A DNA stretch of 63,984 bases from assembly GCA_030264375.1 (NCBI GenBank), contig JASCQW010000105.1, positions 55,362,921 through 55,426,904 on the forward strand, read 5' to 3'. Of this stretch, positions 1-13,881 are shown one piece after another. Position 1 is the stretch's first letter. Each line of letters opens with the position of its first letter. The stretch is from Carcharhinus longimanus. Lineage: Eukaryota. Position numbers and translations under genes: made by a program. The notes beneath the pieces are model-generated. The model saw nothing but the letters and a program-made list of their open reading frames with translations. It did not search any database and was not told the DNA's origin.

Positions 1-73
1 GAATGGCGGGGCAGGCTCGAAGGGCCAGATGGCCTACTCCTGCTCCTATTTCTTATGTTCTTATGTTCTTATG
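1..73 (+). mobile_element. CR1/HER1-type LINE 3' tail
   Basis: gaatggcggggcaggctcgaagggccagatggcctactcc...(ttcttatg)n; a near-identical copy lies at 35704-35774. Confidence 0.8.
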
Positions 74-1760
74 AGTATGGTAAACCAAGTTGGAAAGTTC
101 TTGCCCAAACTAGTTGTCAACAAAGTGCTGCTATATCAAGTGTTATGACAAGCCAATACATGGAGCTAGGAGAAAGCATTACAGAGATTTTTTGAGAAAA
201 TCCAAGAGCTGCTGATATCGCCTGATATTATAGCTAAATATGACCTATTGTCATTGCTGCAGATGCATCTCTCACAGGATTGGTTGCTATACTCTTTCAG
301 ATATGGATGGATCGAAAGCATAGACCACTTTATTACACATCCCATTCACTGACAGAGACTAACAAGGAAATGCAACAATGGAAAATAAAGCATGAAGTTT
401 GCAGATTATGTTCTTGGTCTCCCCTTCAAGATAGAGACAGACCACAAACTCATTGTTACACTCTTAAAATCTAAGGAGTTAGCAAAAATGTCTTCATAAA
501 TACAGATTGAGAGCAGGGATGATGCAAAGATAGAGGATGTTCCAGGAAAACAGCGCAGCAGATGCTTTGTCCCATATCCCAGTGGCAAAGCCCAAAGTAG
601 GTGATGTAGGTTGAAGAAATAGAAACCTTTGGATCAACAACAATCGCAACTCTACCAGCAACGACATCAAGGGCCGAAGGGCCTGTACTGTGCTGTAATG
701 TTCTGTGTTCTATAACTACTCAGTGACTGTGTAAGCAAAAATGCAGAAAAAACTGAGGAAGAATGTGCTCAGATCTGACAGCATTGCCACAAAGAATGGC
801 CAGCCTACATACCACATTATCCCATTCTTAGACAGCACTATGAGCAGCGGGGACACCTCAGTCTAGCTGATGAGAAATTGACAATTACAGGAATCTGGAG
901 ACTCAATGTACTGCAATGATTGCACCAAGGACATTTGAACATCACAGGATGTCAAACCAGAGCAAGATATGCTGTTTGGTAGCTGGATGTCTCAAAGTCT
1001 TTGTAAGAGATGATATCAAACTGTATTCCTTGTGTTTTTCGTCATTAAGAAACAACAGAACTCTTGATATCATCCTCCTTTCAGGACAATTGAAGCATTT
1101 TGGGATGAACTCTTTGAACTCAGACATAAGATGTTCTTGGTCATAATAAGTTACAAGTCCAGCTGGATGGAAGTCGAGCAACTACAGAGTCACGCTCCTA
1201 AAGCAAGGATTATGTCATTGAAGGAGATATTTGCACACATGGAATCCAAAAACTTGTAATTTCAGACAATTGACCGTGTTCACCAGTGAATACTTTAAAG
1301 AGTTCATGACATTGTATTGACTTGCCCATACTACAAGCTTCCAAGATAACATCAAGCCAGTGGTGAAACTGAAATTGAAATGCATGCAGTGAACACATTG
1401 CTGAAGAAGAATGATGACATCCAACTTGCACTTCTGAGGGTTCAACTCCATTCCTAAATGGCTTAGTGACATATGAACTCCTCAAGGGAAGATGACTGAG
1501 GACTCAATTTCCTGTTCTCCCACATGCACTCAGTGAGTACAAGCTGATGACTGGGAAAAGTGATGGAAAAAGAGATGAGTATCATTTTAGTCAGTGTGCA
1601 ACCTACCATATCTCCAACTAGGAGAGCCAGGTTGGATCCGAGATACAGACAAGTGATTGAATCATCATCATATCTGCACTCCTACTTCATTTAAATTAAA
1701 AATGGTATGTTGAGGCACAACAGTTGTACCCCAAAGAGGCAACCTAGCAGTCATCCAAAA
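74..1760 (+). mobile_element. Decayed Ty3/Gypsy pol remnant (RNase H and integrase)
   Basis: Frameshifted motifs VIAADASLTGLVAILFQ..RPLYYTSHSLTET (RNase H) and HGIQKLVISDN..FTSEYFKEF (integrase core), with many stops. Confidence 0.7.
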
Positions 1761-1994
1761 AGATAAGAGGTGCTGCATGCAAATTTTCCTACTGCCCAGC
1801 AGAGTCTAAGAGGACTCAAATCCCCAATCTTCTTCAAGAAGGAGAGGAGCTAGTTGGGAGATCTGTAAAACTGCCACAACAGTTGTTTCCATAAAAAGAA
1901 ATGAAAGTCTGAGACTGGTGTGGTGGGCGGGGGGAGGGTGAAGAGATGTAGTATGAGAGTTAATTTTAACTCGGTGATATGCTGAAGAGACGCA

Positions 1995-2127
1995 GGGCAA
2001 ATTTTCCCATTCTGCTCACCACAGGAAAGGTAGCAGGCGAGGGGCGGACAGACCATAGAAAAGTCCATTCACCTCAGACGGGATTTTTCCGGTTTTGAGG
2101 CGAGCATGGTGGGAAAATCCCACCCAC
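1995..2127. mobile_element. PIF/Harbinger-type MITE (~130 bp)
   Basis: TIRs gggcaaattttcc...ggaaaatcccaccc; internal sequence shared with copies at 26018, 29730 and 57974. Confidence 0.65.
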
Positions 2128-2888
2128 AGTACGCATCATCTCATGACCTTGCTCTTGTTGAGCCGCACAGTAAGATGAAGTTGCAGTAAGCTGTTTCTTT
2201 AAAAAGATCATGTTTTTCTTACCTTAGCAGCCTGAATCTTCTGTGTCAGCACAATGAGACTAAGAATATAATAACGGCTACTTCCATTTCCCTGGGCATC
2301 ATTGACAAAGCCAGCATTTAGTGTCCATTCCTATTTGTCCTTGAACCGAGTGGTTCATTGAAAGATGGAATCACATGCATTAGTTCCCATACAGAAGCAA
2401 CCTCCTACACTGTGCAAAATGGGGATGAAAAGGATTGCTCTCAGTTGTGGGATGATCAGCGTACTTGAAAATCTGACTAACATTCACTGTCTATAGACAT
2501 CTGCATGATAAAACGTACACAAATTTTGCTATTAGCAGTTGTGCAGAAGAACACAGAAATATGGAATACTATTTGTCTCTTGGAAAAAAGATACTTATAT
2601 AAACTTCTCATACACAAATACAGCAGATGGCATTTTTCTTAGTTTAATGAGGATACTGTGAACACTCTCTCCGAGTGTATCAGATATTATAAACGAACAA
2701 GGAGCAGGCCATTCAGCCCCTTGAACCTGCTCCACTATTTAATAAGATCTTGACTGATCAGATAGTAACTTCAAATCTGCATCCAGCCTACTCCCAATAA
2801 TCCCTTACTTATCAAGAAACTGTGCACCTCTGCCTTAAAATTATTCAAAGTCTCTGATTCCACAACCTTTTCAAGAAGAGAGCTCAAA

Positions 2889-2993
2889 GAGTGGTGCAGT
2901 GGTTAGCACTGCTGCCTCACAGTGCCAGGGACCCAAGTTCAATTCTGACGTTGTGTCACTGTCAGTGTGGACTTTGCATGTTCTCTCCCTGTC
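2889..2993 (+). mobile_element. HE1-type V-SINE 5' part, running into an assembly gap
   Basis: tRNA-like head gtggtgcagtggttagcactgctgcctcacagtgccagggacccaagttcaattc and V-domain start tgtggactttgcatgttctc. Confidence 0.8.
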
Positions 2994-3751
2994 NNNNNNN
3001 NNNNNNNNNNNNNNNNNNNNNNNNNNNNNNNNNNNNNNNNNNNNNNNNNNNNNNNNNNNNNNNNNNNNNNNNNNNNNNNNNNNNNNNNNNNNNNNNNNNN
3101 NNNNNNNNNNNNNNNNNNNNNNNNNNNNNNNNNNNNNNNNNNNNNNNNNNNNNNNNNNNNNNNNNNNNNNNNNNNNNNNNNNNNNNNNNNNNNNNNNNNN
3201 NNNNNNNNNNNNNNNNNNNNNNNNNNNNNNNNNNNNNNNNNNNNNNNNNNNNNNNNNNNNNNNNNNNNNNNNNNNNNNNNNNNNNNNNNNNNNNNNNNNN
3301 NNNNNNNNNNNNNNNNNNNNNNNNNNNNNNNNNNNNNNNNNNNNNNNNNNNNNNNNNNNNNNNNNNNNNNNNNNNNNNNNNNNNNNNNNNNNNNNNNNNN
3401 NNNNNNNNNNNNNNNNNNNNNNNNNNNNNNNNNNNNNNNNNNNNNNNNNNNNNNNNNNNNNNNNNNNNNNNNNNNNNNNNNNNNNNNNNNNNNNNNNNNN
3501 NNNNNNNNNNNNNNNNNNNNNNNNNNNNNNNNNNNNNNNNNNNNNNNNNNNNNNNNNNNNNNNNNNNNNNNNNNNNNNNNNNNNNNNNNNNNNNNNNNNN
3601 NNNNNNNNNNNNNNNNNNNNNNNNNNNNNNNNNNNNNNNNNNNNNNNNNNNNNNNNNNNNNNNNNNNNNNNNNNNNNNNNNNNNNNNNNNNNNNNNNNNN
3701 NNNNNNNNNNNNNNNNNNNNNNNNNNNNNNNNNNNNNNNNNNNNNNNNNNN
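2994..3751. other. Assembly gap (N run). Smaller gaps at ~15372, 35604, 37326, 45493, 54581 and 62286.
   Basis: Runs of n, several abutting young repeat copies. Confidence 0.99.
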
Positions 3752-4670
3752 NCAAGTTCATGGCACTAGTGATTGCAACTGTACAATTTACTCTATCCCT
3801 AGAATCACAGAAATCTAATACCAGTAAATTACTTGGAGTTCTGTAAAGAAACAACTCCTTTAAAGCAGTTAGGTAGTCTGGGGACGAGCACCATGACAGG
3901 TAGGTATTGATCCATGGATCAGTTCTCTGTCAGTGAGTTTGGCAGGTGACAGAATTTGTAGAGTTCCCCCTTGTAATCCAGTGATGATCTACCTTTCTTG
4001 GCAGAAGTTTGAAACTGGATAAAGAGATGCCTTTCCATTACATCCTCTCAGAAGTCAACATTGATGACAGTGCTGTTTATAGATGATTGATATTACATGT
4101 TAGCAGAGATTTAGAGAGAAAGACACAACAGCAAAACACCTTCCATACGTTTTCAGATCATGTGCAGTAGCTCGAGATGTATAAACTTGAGATTAGGACA
4201 ATCTTCCAGAGAATTGAATTGGAAAAATAAATTACACCAGCAGTAACATGTAAGGGTAAGTACTCATTCTTTGTAGTAGTTACTCTGGGCAATGGAATTT
4301 CAAAATATTAAATCCATGGAGATTATACATTTAAACTGCAAGTGCAACTCCATGGCATCTTGCTTCCTAGCATCACAAATGTCCTTTAGCTGCCAAAATG
4401 GTGATTGCTGCGAGTGCCCAGTATTTACATCTAAGCACATCAAACACCATTGCACTGAAGGCAGAAAACATCCACTAGAAACATGCAAAGTAGGCAGAAT
4501 GTGATGTCAACTAGAGCACAACATTGATTTCATGTCAGCACGGCCATCTTAGAGCCCAACATTTCAACTTAATTATGCACGGCTGAACATGTGTTCAGCA
4601 CCAGGAAGGAGCCCGTACCAGTGCTTTTAAAGGGATCATCAACCACTTAGAGGTTACTTGCTGATTAATA

Positions 4671-5030
4671 TGAATCATAGAATCCGTACAGTGCAGAGGG
4701 AGGCCATATGGCCCATCGAGACTGCACCGACTCTCTGACGGTATTTGTGACAGAGCATCTTACCAAGGCCCATCCCCACTCCTCATTCCCTTAACTCCAC
4801 ACATTTACCCCACTGATCCCCTAACCCACTTGGATACTAAGGAGCAACTTAGTATGGCCAAACCATCTAACTCGCATATCTTTGGACTGTGGGAGGAAAC
4901 AGAGCACCTGGAGGAAACCCACGCAGACATGGGGAGAACATGCAAAGTCCAGACAGTCACCCAAAGTTGGAATTGAACCTGGGTCCCTCACATTGTGAGG
5001 CAGCAGTGTTAACCTGTGTGCCGCCATGCC
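4671..5030 (-). mobile_element. HE1-type V-SINE, near full length
   Basis: Reverse complement of the SINE head, V-domain (gactgtgggaggaaac...ggaggaaacccacgcagac) and (atagaatc) tail. Confidence 0.85.
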
Positions 5031-5099
5031 ACCCCTATTTTCTGAATCTTGCTGCAATTGTAGAATGTATCCCCCTCCTGCTTGCAGAATGATCAGGAG

Positions 5100-7110
5100 A
5101 ATGAACAGAGGAGGCATTAGACAAGCTACTGGATGGTGACAGTAGAGGAATAGTGCTCTCAGAAGGAGGGCAGATCAGGCTAGGGTTTTCAGGAAACAAT
5201 TCTCATACCTGAATCTCAGAGACATTTAGTGTGTCAGACATTTGCATTTCATCATGGATGTCCTCATTGAAATCTAAGATGTGCTGCAGTCTCAGAGCAG
5301 AGGAAGTATTGCATTGCCTGTGACTATGAAAGTGAACATAACTATGAGCTTTAATCTGTCTTGCGCCTTTCAGACTGGAGCAAGCAATATTTGCAGCATC
5401 TCTTCGTTTGCCATAAGCAATGTTACTGGTTGCAGGCCATTCGTGCTCAGTATCTCACCGCATGCAGACCCCATCTCTAACAAATCCTCGAATGTTCTTG
5501 CATAGTATTCATATCAGCTGGTAGTTTTGATGTGAGAGCGAGTTCCTGCTTCTTCACTCTCCACCTGCTCCTCCACTTTCTTCCCTTCCACCAATGCCTG
5601 GCCAGCTTGTAGTTCTTAAACATCTGAAAAGCGAAAGGCAGTGAGGGTAAGGTTGAAAATAAATGGTAGGTCCTTACACCATTGGCATCTTGTAAATTGG
5701 AAGAGTGTAGGATATTAGGAATATGCACAGTGTCACCTTCAGTGGCTTCAGAACTACCTCCAGCCATGACTTCAAGCTGCTCCAAAGGTGGTGAGCATCT
5801 TCTCCTCTACGGGTATAAGAGCAGACAGCCTGCCCCTTCCAGTTAGATGCTGCTGTCTTCATTTATGTACCACCTTGTTCTGCAATAGAAAGGGAATTGG
5901 TACAATTAAATTGCTTGATGTGGCTACCCTAGTTCAATATGGGCAGTGTGTGCAGGCTGTGAGTTGCCTGGCTTGCAGCAATGCTAAATATGTGATGGTG
6001 AGGTGAAGCTATGAACTTTAGGTATGTGTCTTAATTGACAGAGATTGTTGGTGGGTGATTATGGGGGTGTGATACATTGAGTAAAGTGCAAGGATCCTAT
6101 TGTAATTAGTAGGACATGGCATTTTATCTCACTCCTGTGAGGTCTTTTCATTTCTTGCAATACTGCCTCCAGGTCCCAAAAGAGAAAATGCTGGAAAATC
6201 TCAGCAGGTCTGGCAGCATCTGTAAGGAGTGAAAGGAGCTGACGTTTCGAGTCCAGACGACCTTTTGTTAAAGCCTGCATCCAGGTCCTTAGGCTTAAAT
6301 CCTGGCATTAACGGCCATGGTTATCTGTCCAACTGCCTTCACAACATTCATCACAATACATAAGGGCCTCCCAGTTCCTTGTGTTTAGGTGAACCCCTCC
6401 TCCTTTCCACTTCCTGCACCAAGGCCTCATGTGGAAAACTGGAAAATCTTGGACAGCATTTACCTCCTGGGATCAGGACACTAACGTGAAGATCAAATTC
6501 AGGTGCAACCCTGCATGGGGTTGGCAACCATCAGCCAACTTAATAATGACCAGTTGGTGGTCAGAGGACAGGATCACTATCGAACTGGCTCATGAAACTA
6601 GAGGACCAAAAGGAGTCCTTCCAACACTGAAAGAACTTGTGCCTGCCATGTAGGTAAGGGAAGAGGTGCCTTCTCAGCACCTTTTGACAGAAGTGAGAAA
6701 AAGAAATGGCAACTGCTACACTGGACTATCATTGTGAAGGGCAAACCCTTCCATGCTGCAGCCTGCAGTCACAATTGTGCCTAGAGAGGTATGGTCATTG
6801 TGGGGGCCCTCAAAATGATGCTGCAGCACTGGTCCATGGTTTGCTATCAGGAGATTATCTCCACTCAGCTACCAGAGTCTGGACATCGCTGGGTGCCCAT
6901 TGGCTTACTGTAAAATTCCAGTCAGCCTCTGATTAATGGTCTTAATTGGTCTCTTAACTGAGTTAATGAGCTACCAGCCACTAATGGGCAGGCAATTGTT
7001 CTGCACCAATCAACCTCCAGGATATGATTGGATGTCGCCACCCCGAGGTGGGAAGCATCAGAAAGTTCCATGCCTGCCTTTGCTTCTGCCCCCCATATCA
7101 GCTCTAAAAT
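5100..7110. mobile_element. Decayed Harbinger transposon (HARBI1-like transposase remnant on +, Myb/SANT-ORF remnant on -)
   Basis: 5281 ORF LQSQSRGSIALPVTMKVNITMSF..CAFQTGASNICSIS resembles the HARBI1-family N-terminus. Minus strand cag|NKVVHK*RQQHLTGRG (~5880-5830) resembles the xKxAHNRRE...TGGG segment seen at ~27230 and ~56160. Confidence 0.5.
6177..6273 (-). mobile_element. Penelope-like pseudo-LTR fragment with decayed hammerhead core
   Basis: aaaatgctggaaaatctcagcaggtctggcagcatctg...gacgtttcgagtccag; relatives at ~8800-8853, 24198-24336 and 51378-51606. Confidence 0.55.
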
Positions 7111-7654
7111 CCTGTCCTTGGAGAGCTCTCTCTGTCAGTGCTGGTTGCACGTTACTTCATTTAAATTAACAGGCAGCACAAAGCTTGCATGTTCTCTGTA
7201 TGAAAAGCAATGCGCATGGATTAATCGTAATCTCTGAGCATGTATTCGGGGGTTAGCATCTGTGGCCTTAGAGTGCTACTGCATATTCAATTGGTACTGA
7301 TCTCTCACAATATCCTGTGCTTTCTGAATGTCATTCTCAAAAAGCACTTTGAATCTGAAAACAGTGCTACAAATGACCTTTCTCTTAATGGTTGTACTGC
7401 AGTCTAGAGCAGCTTTTGCAGAATATAAATATTCTGGGGGTGAAAACTGATGGGAATACTTCCTGACCTCAATTCTAATTTAGAACATGTTAAGCACTCC
7501 ACCATGGCCACACAATAAATACAGCTGTAAACTTTTGCCATATATGATAATGAGTGATGTCGCACTTACAGAAAACTAGAACATTTATTGATCTGCCTTT
7601 TAAAGCACTATTGTATATTTGATGTATTTGCTGGAGCACTGTGTGTTCATCTGA

Positions 7655-7810
<156 letters not shown>

Positions 7811-9269
7811 TAGGTCACACATCATTCCTACACACATCCCACAGTGTGCTGGGGGCCTTTGTGCTTGGTAAGCTCCATCCTCAGCAACTATGCTCCATAC
7901 TGTAAAACCTGGCTGACATTAACAAGAATAATGGTGAATAGTGCTGAGATAGGTACATTTTATTGGTGCAAAGATATATTCAACTACGAAAAATAACAAT
8001 GGATTCCTGACCGAGGAAAGGTAGGATTTAAAACTGAAAATGCAACATGTAGAAGATGTGTGACTTAGTGTACTAAAGGTTAAAGAGGATTCAAGTAATT
8101 GTAAAACCTGGTGAGGGTCAAATTTCATTTGGCGCAAAACATTTTGAGTACATCAGTGACTGATATGAAAATTATATATTGATATGCTTCAAAACTTTCT
8201 GATGGGAGCATGCCACATTTGCGCCTCTGTTTACATGGCTTAGTCAAATAGATCAAGTTTTAAGTGGGGGTAAAAGTTTCATATGGACAGAACTTCAATT
8301 TTAAATGAAATGAAATATTTTGTTATGAATGTATTTGAGTAAATAGCAACCAAATATGATCCATGAAAGAATATGAATGAAAAATGTGGACATTTCCTTA
8401 TATACCTTGGCTGTAAGGAAATAACTTCATTGCAGTTCTTCCCAAAATTTGATATTTTAGTTAACATCTGTCTGAAAACTACCATAAATATCATAGTTAC
8501 AATATACCATAAACAGAGAGAATAGCAGTTACCCTGAAACATAAGATATGCAACTACTGTTGAAAAGTTATTTAACACATGCAGTCCCTGCAACTGTAGA
8601 TATATTTCAAATTCTTCATAAATGACATGGGGATCTCTGACTCGAAAGTAGAGTTCCCATGATTTTTAGGAGGTTTTTGTGGCTCAGCTAGGACAGGTTA
8701 CCTGAGAAAATTGACCTCTGACAGGCAATCAAATAATTTTCAGCCCGTTTAGCTCCCATCATCCAATATATAAAAAATACCTAACAGCCTGTCAGCAATT
8801 GAAGAAGGAAAAAGATGGGTTAATATTTTAGATGTCAACCCTTCATCAGAACTCCTGTATATAAAATAAAACCTCGATATTATGAGTGAAAATGGATTCA
8901 CAGGACTTCAAGCAAATAGACAATGTGTAAATCAGGAATAAGATCACTTTTGATATTGTAAAGTGGAACTACAAAAATAATAATAAACATTATGTTTTGG
9001 GCTTGTATTTTACTGAAAATCTCAACAGCTTATGTTAGTGCTGCAAATTGTCAGCAAGCTATTATCTCTCATTCCAGTATTCTTAATTGTTTTCTTGCCA
9101 TCAGAATACATTTGCAATGACAGCTAAGAAGTAATTAAACTAAGTTTAGCCTGCAACCCCGCTGAACAATACTTCTGCAACCACAAACAAAGTCTCACTG
9201 GAATTAACAGCATGTTATAGTTTCAGGCATTTCTGGTCTGTTAAGGCTGAATTAAAAGAACATTATCAT

Positions 9270-9443
9270 CAGGTTTTACAGTATAGCATCTGTGTGTTTG
9301 TGATGGTTGCATGTGTATGTGTGTTGATGAAAGCTAGTTTATTTTCCTAACCAGGGTGGCTGGTAAACTGAATGTATAGCAGCCATGCATGTCAAACACG
9401 TTGGAGTTTACCATCATCCACAGCAAACTGTGGGATGTCGTGT
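9270..9443 (+). promoter_or_regulatory. Distal arms of auxiliary intronic RNA helices next to the Q/R editing duplex
   Basis: 9421-9438 pairs with 7834-7851 (17/18). 9402-9413 pairs with 7866-7877 (12 bp, one G:U). 9270-9284 pairs with 7897-7911 (15/15). All are antiparallel and nested. Confidence 0.85.
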
Positions 9444-9622
9444 CTGATAGTTGCCACTACCTTGGATACATGACAGTCAGCCCCAACCAGGCTCTGCTTG
9501 TCTTCTTAAAGAGATTCTTAAACAATTGTCAATGCGAACTTGTGGTACCTGTGGATGTAAGTTCATCATGCTTAACTCCTACTAATTATTGCAAAAAAAA
9601 CATTGAGTTTTCTGTATGGAAA

Positions 9623-9645
9623 GTCTGTGGTCTTTGCATGAGAGC
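9623..9645 (+). promoter_or_regulatory. Editing-site complementary sequence (ECS) for the GRIK1 Q/R site
   Basis: ttgcatgagagc (9634-9645) is the exact reverse complement of exonic gctctcatgcaa (7790-7801). Pairing extends with G:U pairs and bulges over 7804-7815 / 9623-9633. It lies ~1.83 kb downstream, similar to the ~1.9 kb spacing known for mammalian GluK1/GluK2. Confidence 0.88.
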
Positions 9646-12175
9646 AAATGTTGGATTTTTATTGTGATGATCGGAGTTTCTCTTTCCTACAGACCATGAG
9701 CAAAGTCTGGATCAGGATTGGCTGTCATGTCTGCCATAAGGCACTAAAGACACTTCAGCAAGTACTGTCACTGAGCAGATCTGACCCTCACTAAATTTTA
9801 AATTTGCTGACTCACTCCAAGACAAATTGTCAAATGGAAATAATTTTTATATTATTTATCCTAAAAACAAATCTGGCTGGTGAAAATAGAAGGATTTCAA
9901 AATTGAATAGAAAAGGAAATGTTTTTATGAAAATCCAGGTACATGCTTCACCTTTAAAACCTGTAGTTATGATTCCTTTGACGAGCGCAGAGATTTTTTG
10001 AAACTAGTTCAGCTTGTAATTTTAAAGAAAATGGCAACTGTAAAAACCTGAAAATACCCTTTAGCATGGCTTTCATGGCTATTGTGAATTAACAAGTATT
10101 GTTCTTAACAAGTATTCAGTATTCTTTAACACTGAACCAAATTTCTTGACACCATAAAAAATCTTTTGCCTTTGCATCTAAATGTCTGCACCATGCAAAC
10201 TCTCTTTTATTATTGCTAATTTATTTATTAATCCAGATTTAAAGCTACAATAAAACTACATCAAAGCTATCCTTCATAGATCACTGTGTATCCAATCAAT
10301 TTAAGCCACTATAAAAATAGAATCTTGAGATCATAAAAGGAGACTTTTCTTGGACTTCCTACTGCAGGGTTAAGTTGTGTGTACCTTCTAAGTATGGCCC
10401 AAATATTAAACCTACTTCTCTATTTATCTCTAGTTTACAGTAGTCCAATTAAACAGGTTCTTCTGACTGCAAGGCTCTGCCTGGAATCATTATTCACCTC
10501 TCCAATATTTCTGTCTTAGGGTTAACTTCAGTTGCCTGTGTCACCTTGGCTGTTAACATGTCTTCTTGTTTAAATGAGATAATTTGATGAGGATGTTGGA
10601 GGAGGAATGACCTCAGGGCTGAGGGTGTAAACAATACCTGTTGTAAAAATGTAAAAATGAAAGCACCTGACAATTACTGATGTAATCTGGTTATGCGTTT
10701 TCCTCAAAGGCTTTTCCCCAAAGTAAAGATATTCCTGATACACTACAAGCCATACAAGTCAGAAAGCTCTGGTCTGTTCAGCTGTGCCAGCAGCAGGAGT
10801 GCTAGAGTAGGTCTCAATTATTCCTGATCAAGAGGATGAAAGAATCGGCCAGAGTTCCCACATCTGTTCACAATCCAGTTAACACAGTTGGGATATACAC
10901 ATTGGGATTGAACTTGGTTGTGACGCCACTGTGCTTCAATACCATGAAGCATGACCATTGGGGGAGGTGCCAGGGCATCAACTGCCTGTGGAACTGGAAC
11001 CTAGCAAGGGTCAGAACCTTCAGGAGAGGAGAGAAAACCGGAGGGAGAAAAAGGGAGAATTGTCTGGTTCACATGGTAAGTACACGCAGACGTCTTGAGT
11101 GTAGATGGTAACTGGCTAGACCATCAACTTACAGACACTGATTACCGTTATCTTGTCTATTAATTGTATTACATCTCAACCTCTGTTGACTTGGGAGGCA
11201 ACCCAATCCTTAAGTCCTTACTTTGAAATAGGAGTGAACGTAACCCATTGGGTCGCAGATAGGATACAATGACATGCCAGTTTTTTTTGATTTAGTAAAT
11301 TAAGTGTCTGATTTCTTCTTAATTTCTATTCCGAATTTGGGTACCTTCCTAAATATTTGAGTACATTCATTTGTTTTTCAAATTAGCTTAAGCTTTCAAA
11401 ATTCAATTTGTTTCTGTCCTTCCTTGTTACATTTCAGAAACAAATTATTTTAAACAGAATAAAGGAATTAATAACAAAATGTTGTTTGAAATACATAGTT
11501 TATATGGCAGTTGCTCAATGAAAATGGTTCTGAAAAGGAATGAAGATTGTCCATCCTTTTTTATATTTAATTCAATTGTTCACATTTCCCATAAAATATT
11601 TTTTGTTTGTCCAGGTGCTTTGTCTATGTCTTGGAATGATTGAACCCTAAAGGTTTATGGTTCAAAAGGAGAAGGAGATTATTTGCTTCACCATGTCTAT
11701 GGCTCTTTTCAAGTGCAATACAAAATTAAACAATACTTTGCTCTCCGTGTAGCCCTGTACCTTTCTCTGTTTCAACCACTCATCCAAATTTTTCTTCATG
11801 TATCAAAGCATCTCATCTTCCAACTGTCCTCTACATAAATACATGTCTTGTACTGTTTCTCCTCACTTCCTTAGAGATAATTTTATACTAATGAGCGCAT
11901 GTCAACCGCCAACCAGTGGAATATTCACTCAAGAAGACTCATCCTAATGATAAATACTATCAAATCTCCTCTTGGAAGTAGTCCCAGTACGCTAGGCGTA
12001 CTCTCTTAACTAAAATTGCACAGCCCTAGCATCATCCTGGTGAACCAAGACTGGTCTGATGTCCTAAAGCCTTATGCTGCTATTGTACCTTCCTCAATGT
12101 TAGTACTCAATACTCAATTGTCTTCAATGATATAGTGTTCATTGCAAAATTCATACTTGTACACTGTGTAAATGA

Positions 12176-12592
<417 letters not shown>

Positions 12593-13800
12593 TGATCGTG
12601 AAAGTGATTCAAATACAAACAGTATATACTTGAGATGTGTCTTATTCAGCTGGTTGGTTTTGGACATTGAGGTTACATGCAAGCTGGAGCTGTGATTTTA
12701 GCTGAGTGTTATGCCCTAAGTTGCTACAGTCTTGTTATTCATTATCCAGAAGCTGTTATTCATTATCTAGAAGCAGCTTTGTGTAAAGCATGCCTAAACA
12801 ACAGGAACTCTATTGTTCCAGTCACTGAATTTGGGTTTTCTGCTTAATGTAGTTGCAGCTGTGGTTGAAAGTATGAAGGTTCATGTAATAGATTACATAG
12901 AATTTTGGAGTTTGCAAAACAGAGTATGTTTTAGATCTCAGGTATAGAGTAGAGCAATTATGGTTGGTGACAGGAACAAACAAATATTTAGCATATTTGT
13001 ATATTGACCCTTTGTCCAAAGTTCAAACACAGACATTAATCAGCATTATAAATGGTTTAATACCTCCTTTAAAGCAGCAAATAATGTCTATTGATGACTC
13101 CTAGTGATATCTTTTAGGCTGTGAATTTAAGATATTTTAATTTACAAAGGACAAAATGAAAAGTTTACAAGTTTGCACTTCTAGTTCAAAACATCTCACT
13201 CACACAGCATGCAGCAGGAACTCAGAAGGCAAAGATCATTGAGGACTATAGGATCTTTCGTCCATTTCACCAAATTTTCTGAAAGATCTGATGACTTCCA
13301 AGCCCTTGGCACATGAAGCATTGTGCTTACAAGCACAGTAAAAGTTGTAGAATTGTTCTTAGGCCACTATAGCATGTTGCTTAAAATATAAAATACAATT
13401 AGAGTGATATCACCAGATATGAAACAGGAAAAGAAGCAGATTTTTTGTGCCCACCTGGAATACCCCTGGAGGATCTGCATACACCTGATGTGAGCTTTAT
13501 ACTAAATTGGAGAGCAACACAATTGATTTGGGCTTGCACTTTTGAAATATTTTGGTCCTGGGCATTCTTGTTTATTTGACCATATAAGGTTTAAGTGACA
13601 GTTGTCTTTTTGGTTGATATTTGGCAAACAGGTCTTGGCTTTAAAAATGCTTACTCTCATTTCACAGAATCAAGATATGATTACACACTGTGTATGCCCA
13701 TTTAATCCATTTTGTCTGTACTCAAGAAGCAATTAGGCTTTACAACTCGGCAGAGATCACAATGTAAAATGCCCATTCCCATTCCAGCTACTGTTAAGAA

Positions 13801-13881
13801 TGCCAGGAATTCATCTAAAGTACTTTGCTCTGTTACTGATTGTAGGTTGAGCCGACCCCAGTTATATCCATCATTCAACTC
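13801..13881 (-). pseudogene. LSG1: Isolated fragment of LSG1 (60S export GTPase) coding sequence
   Basis: Minus-strand ELNDGYNWGRLNLQSVTEQSTLDEFLA versus recalled human LSG1 ELNDGYDWGRLNLQSVTEQSSLDDFLA. The flanks do not continue the protein, and I recognised no other LSG1 exons in the window. Confidence 0.85.

Noticed and set aside
2889-2960. tRNA-like A/B boxes here and at other SINE heads
   Set aside because: tRNA-derived SINE heads, not tRNA genes.
2871-3854. Long ORFs of 283-327 aa
   Set aside because: Artefacts of translating through the N gap.
9447-9454. atagttgc complementary to gcaactat (7884-7891)
   Set aside because: Only 8 bp and not nested with the main helices; chance or an alternative pairing.
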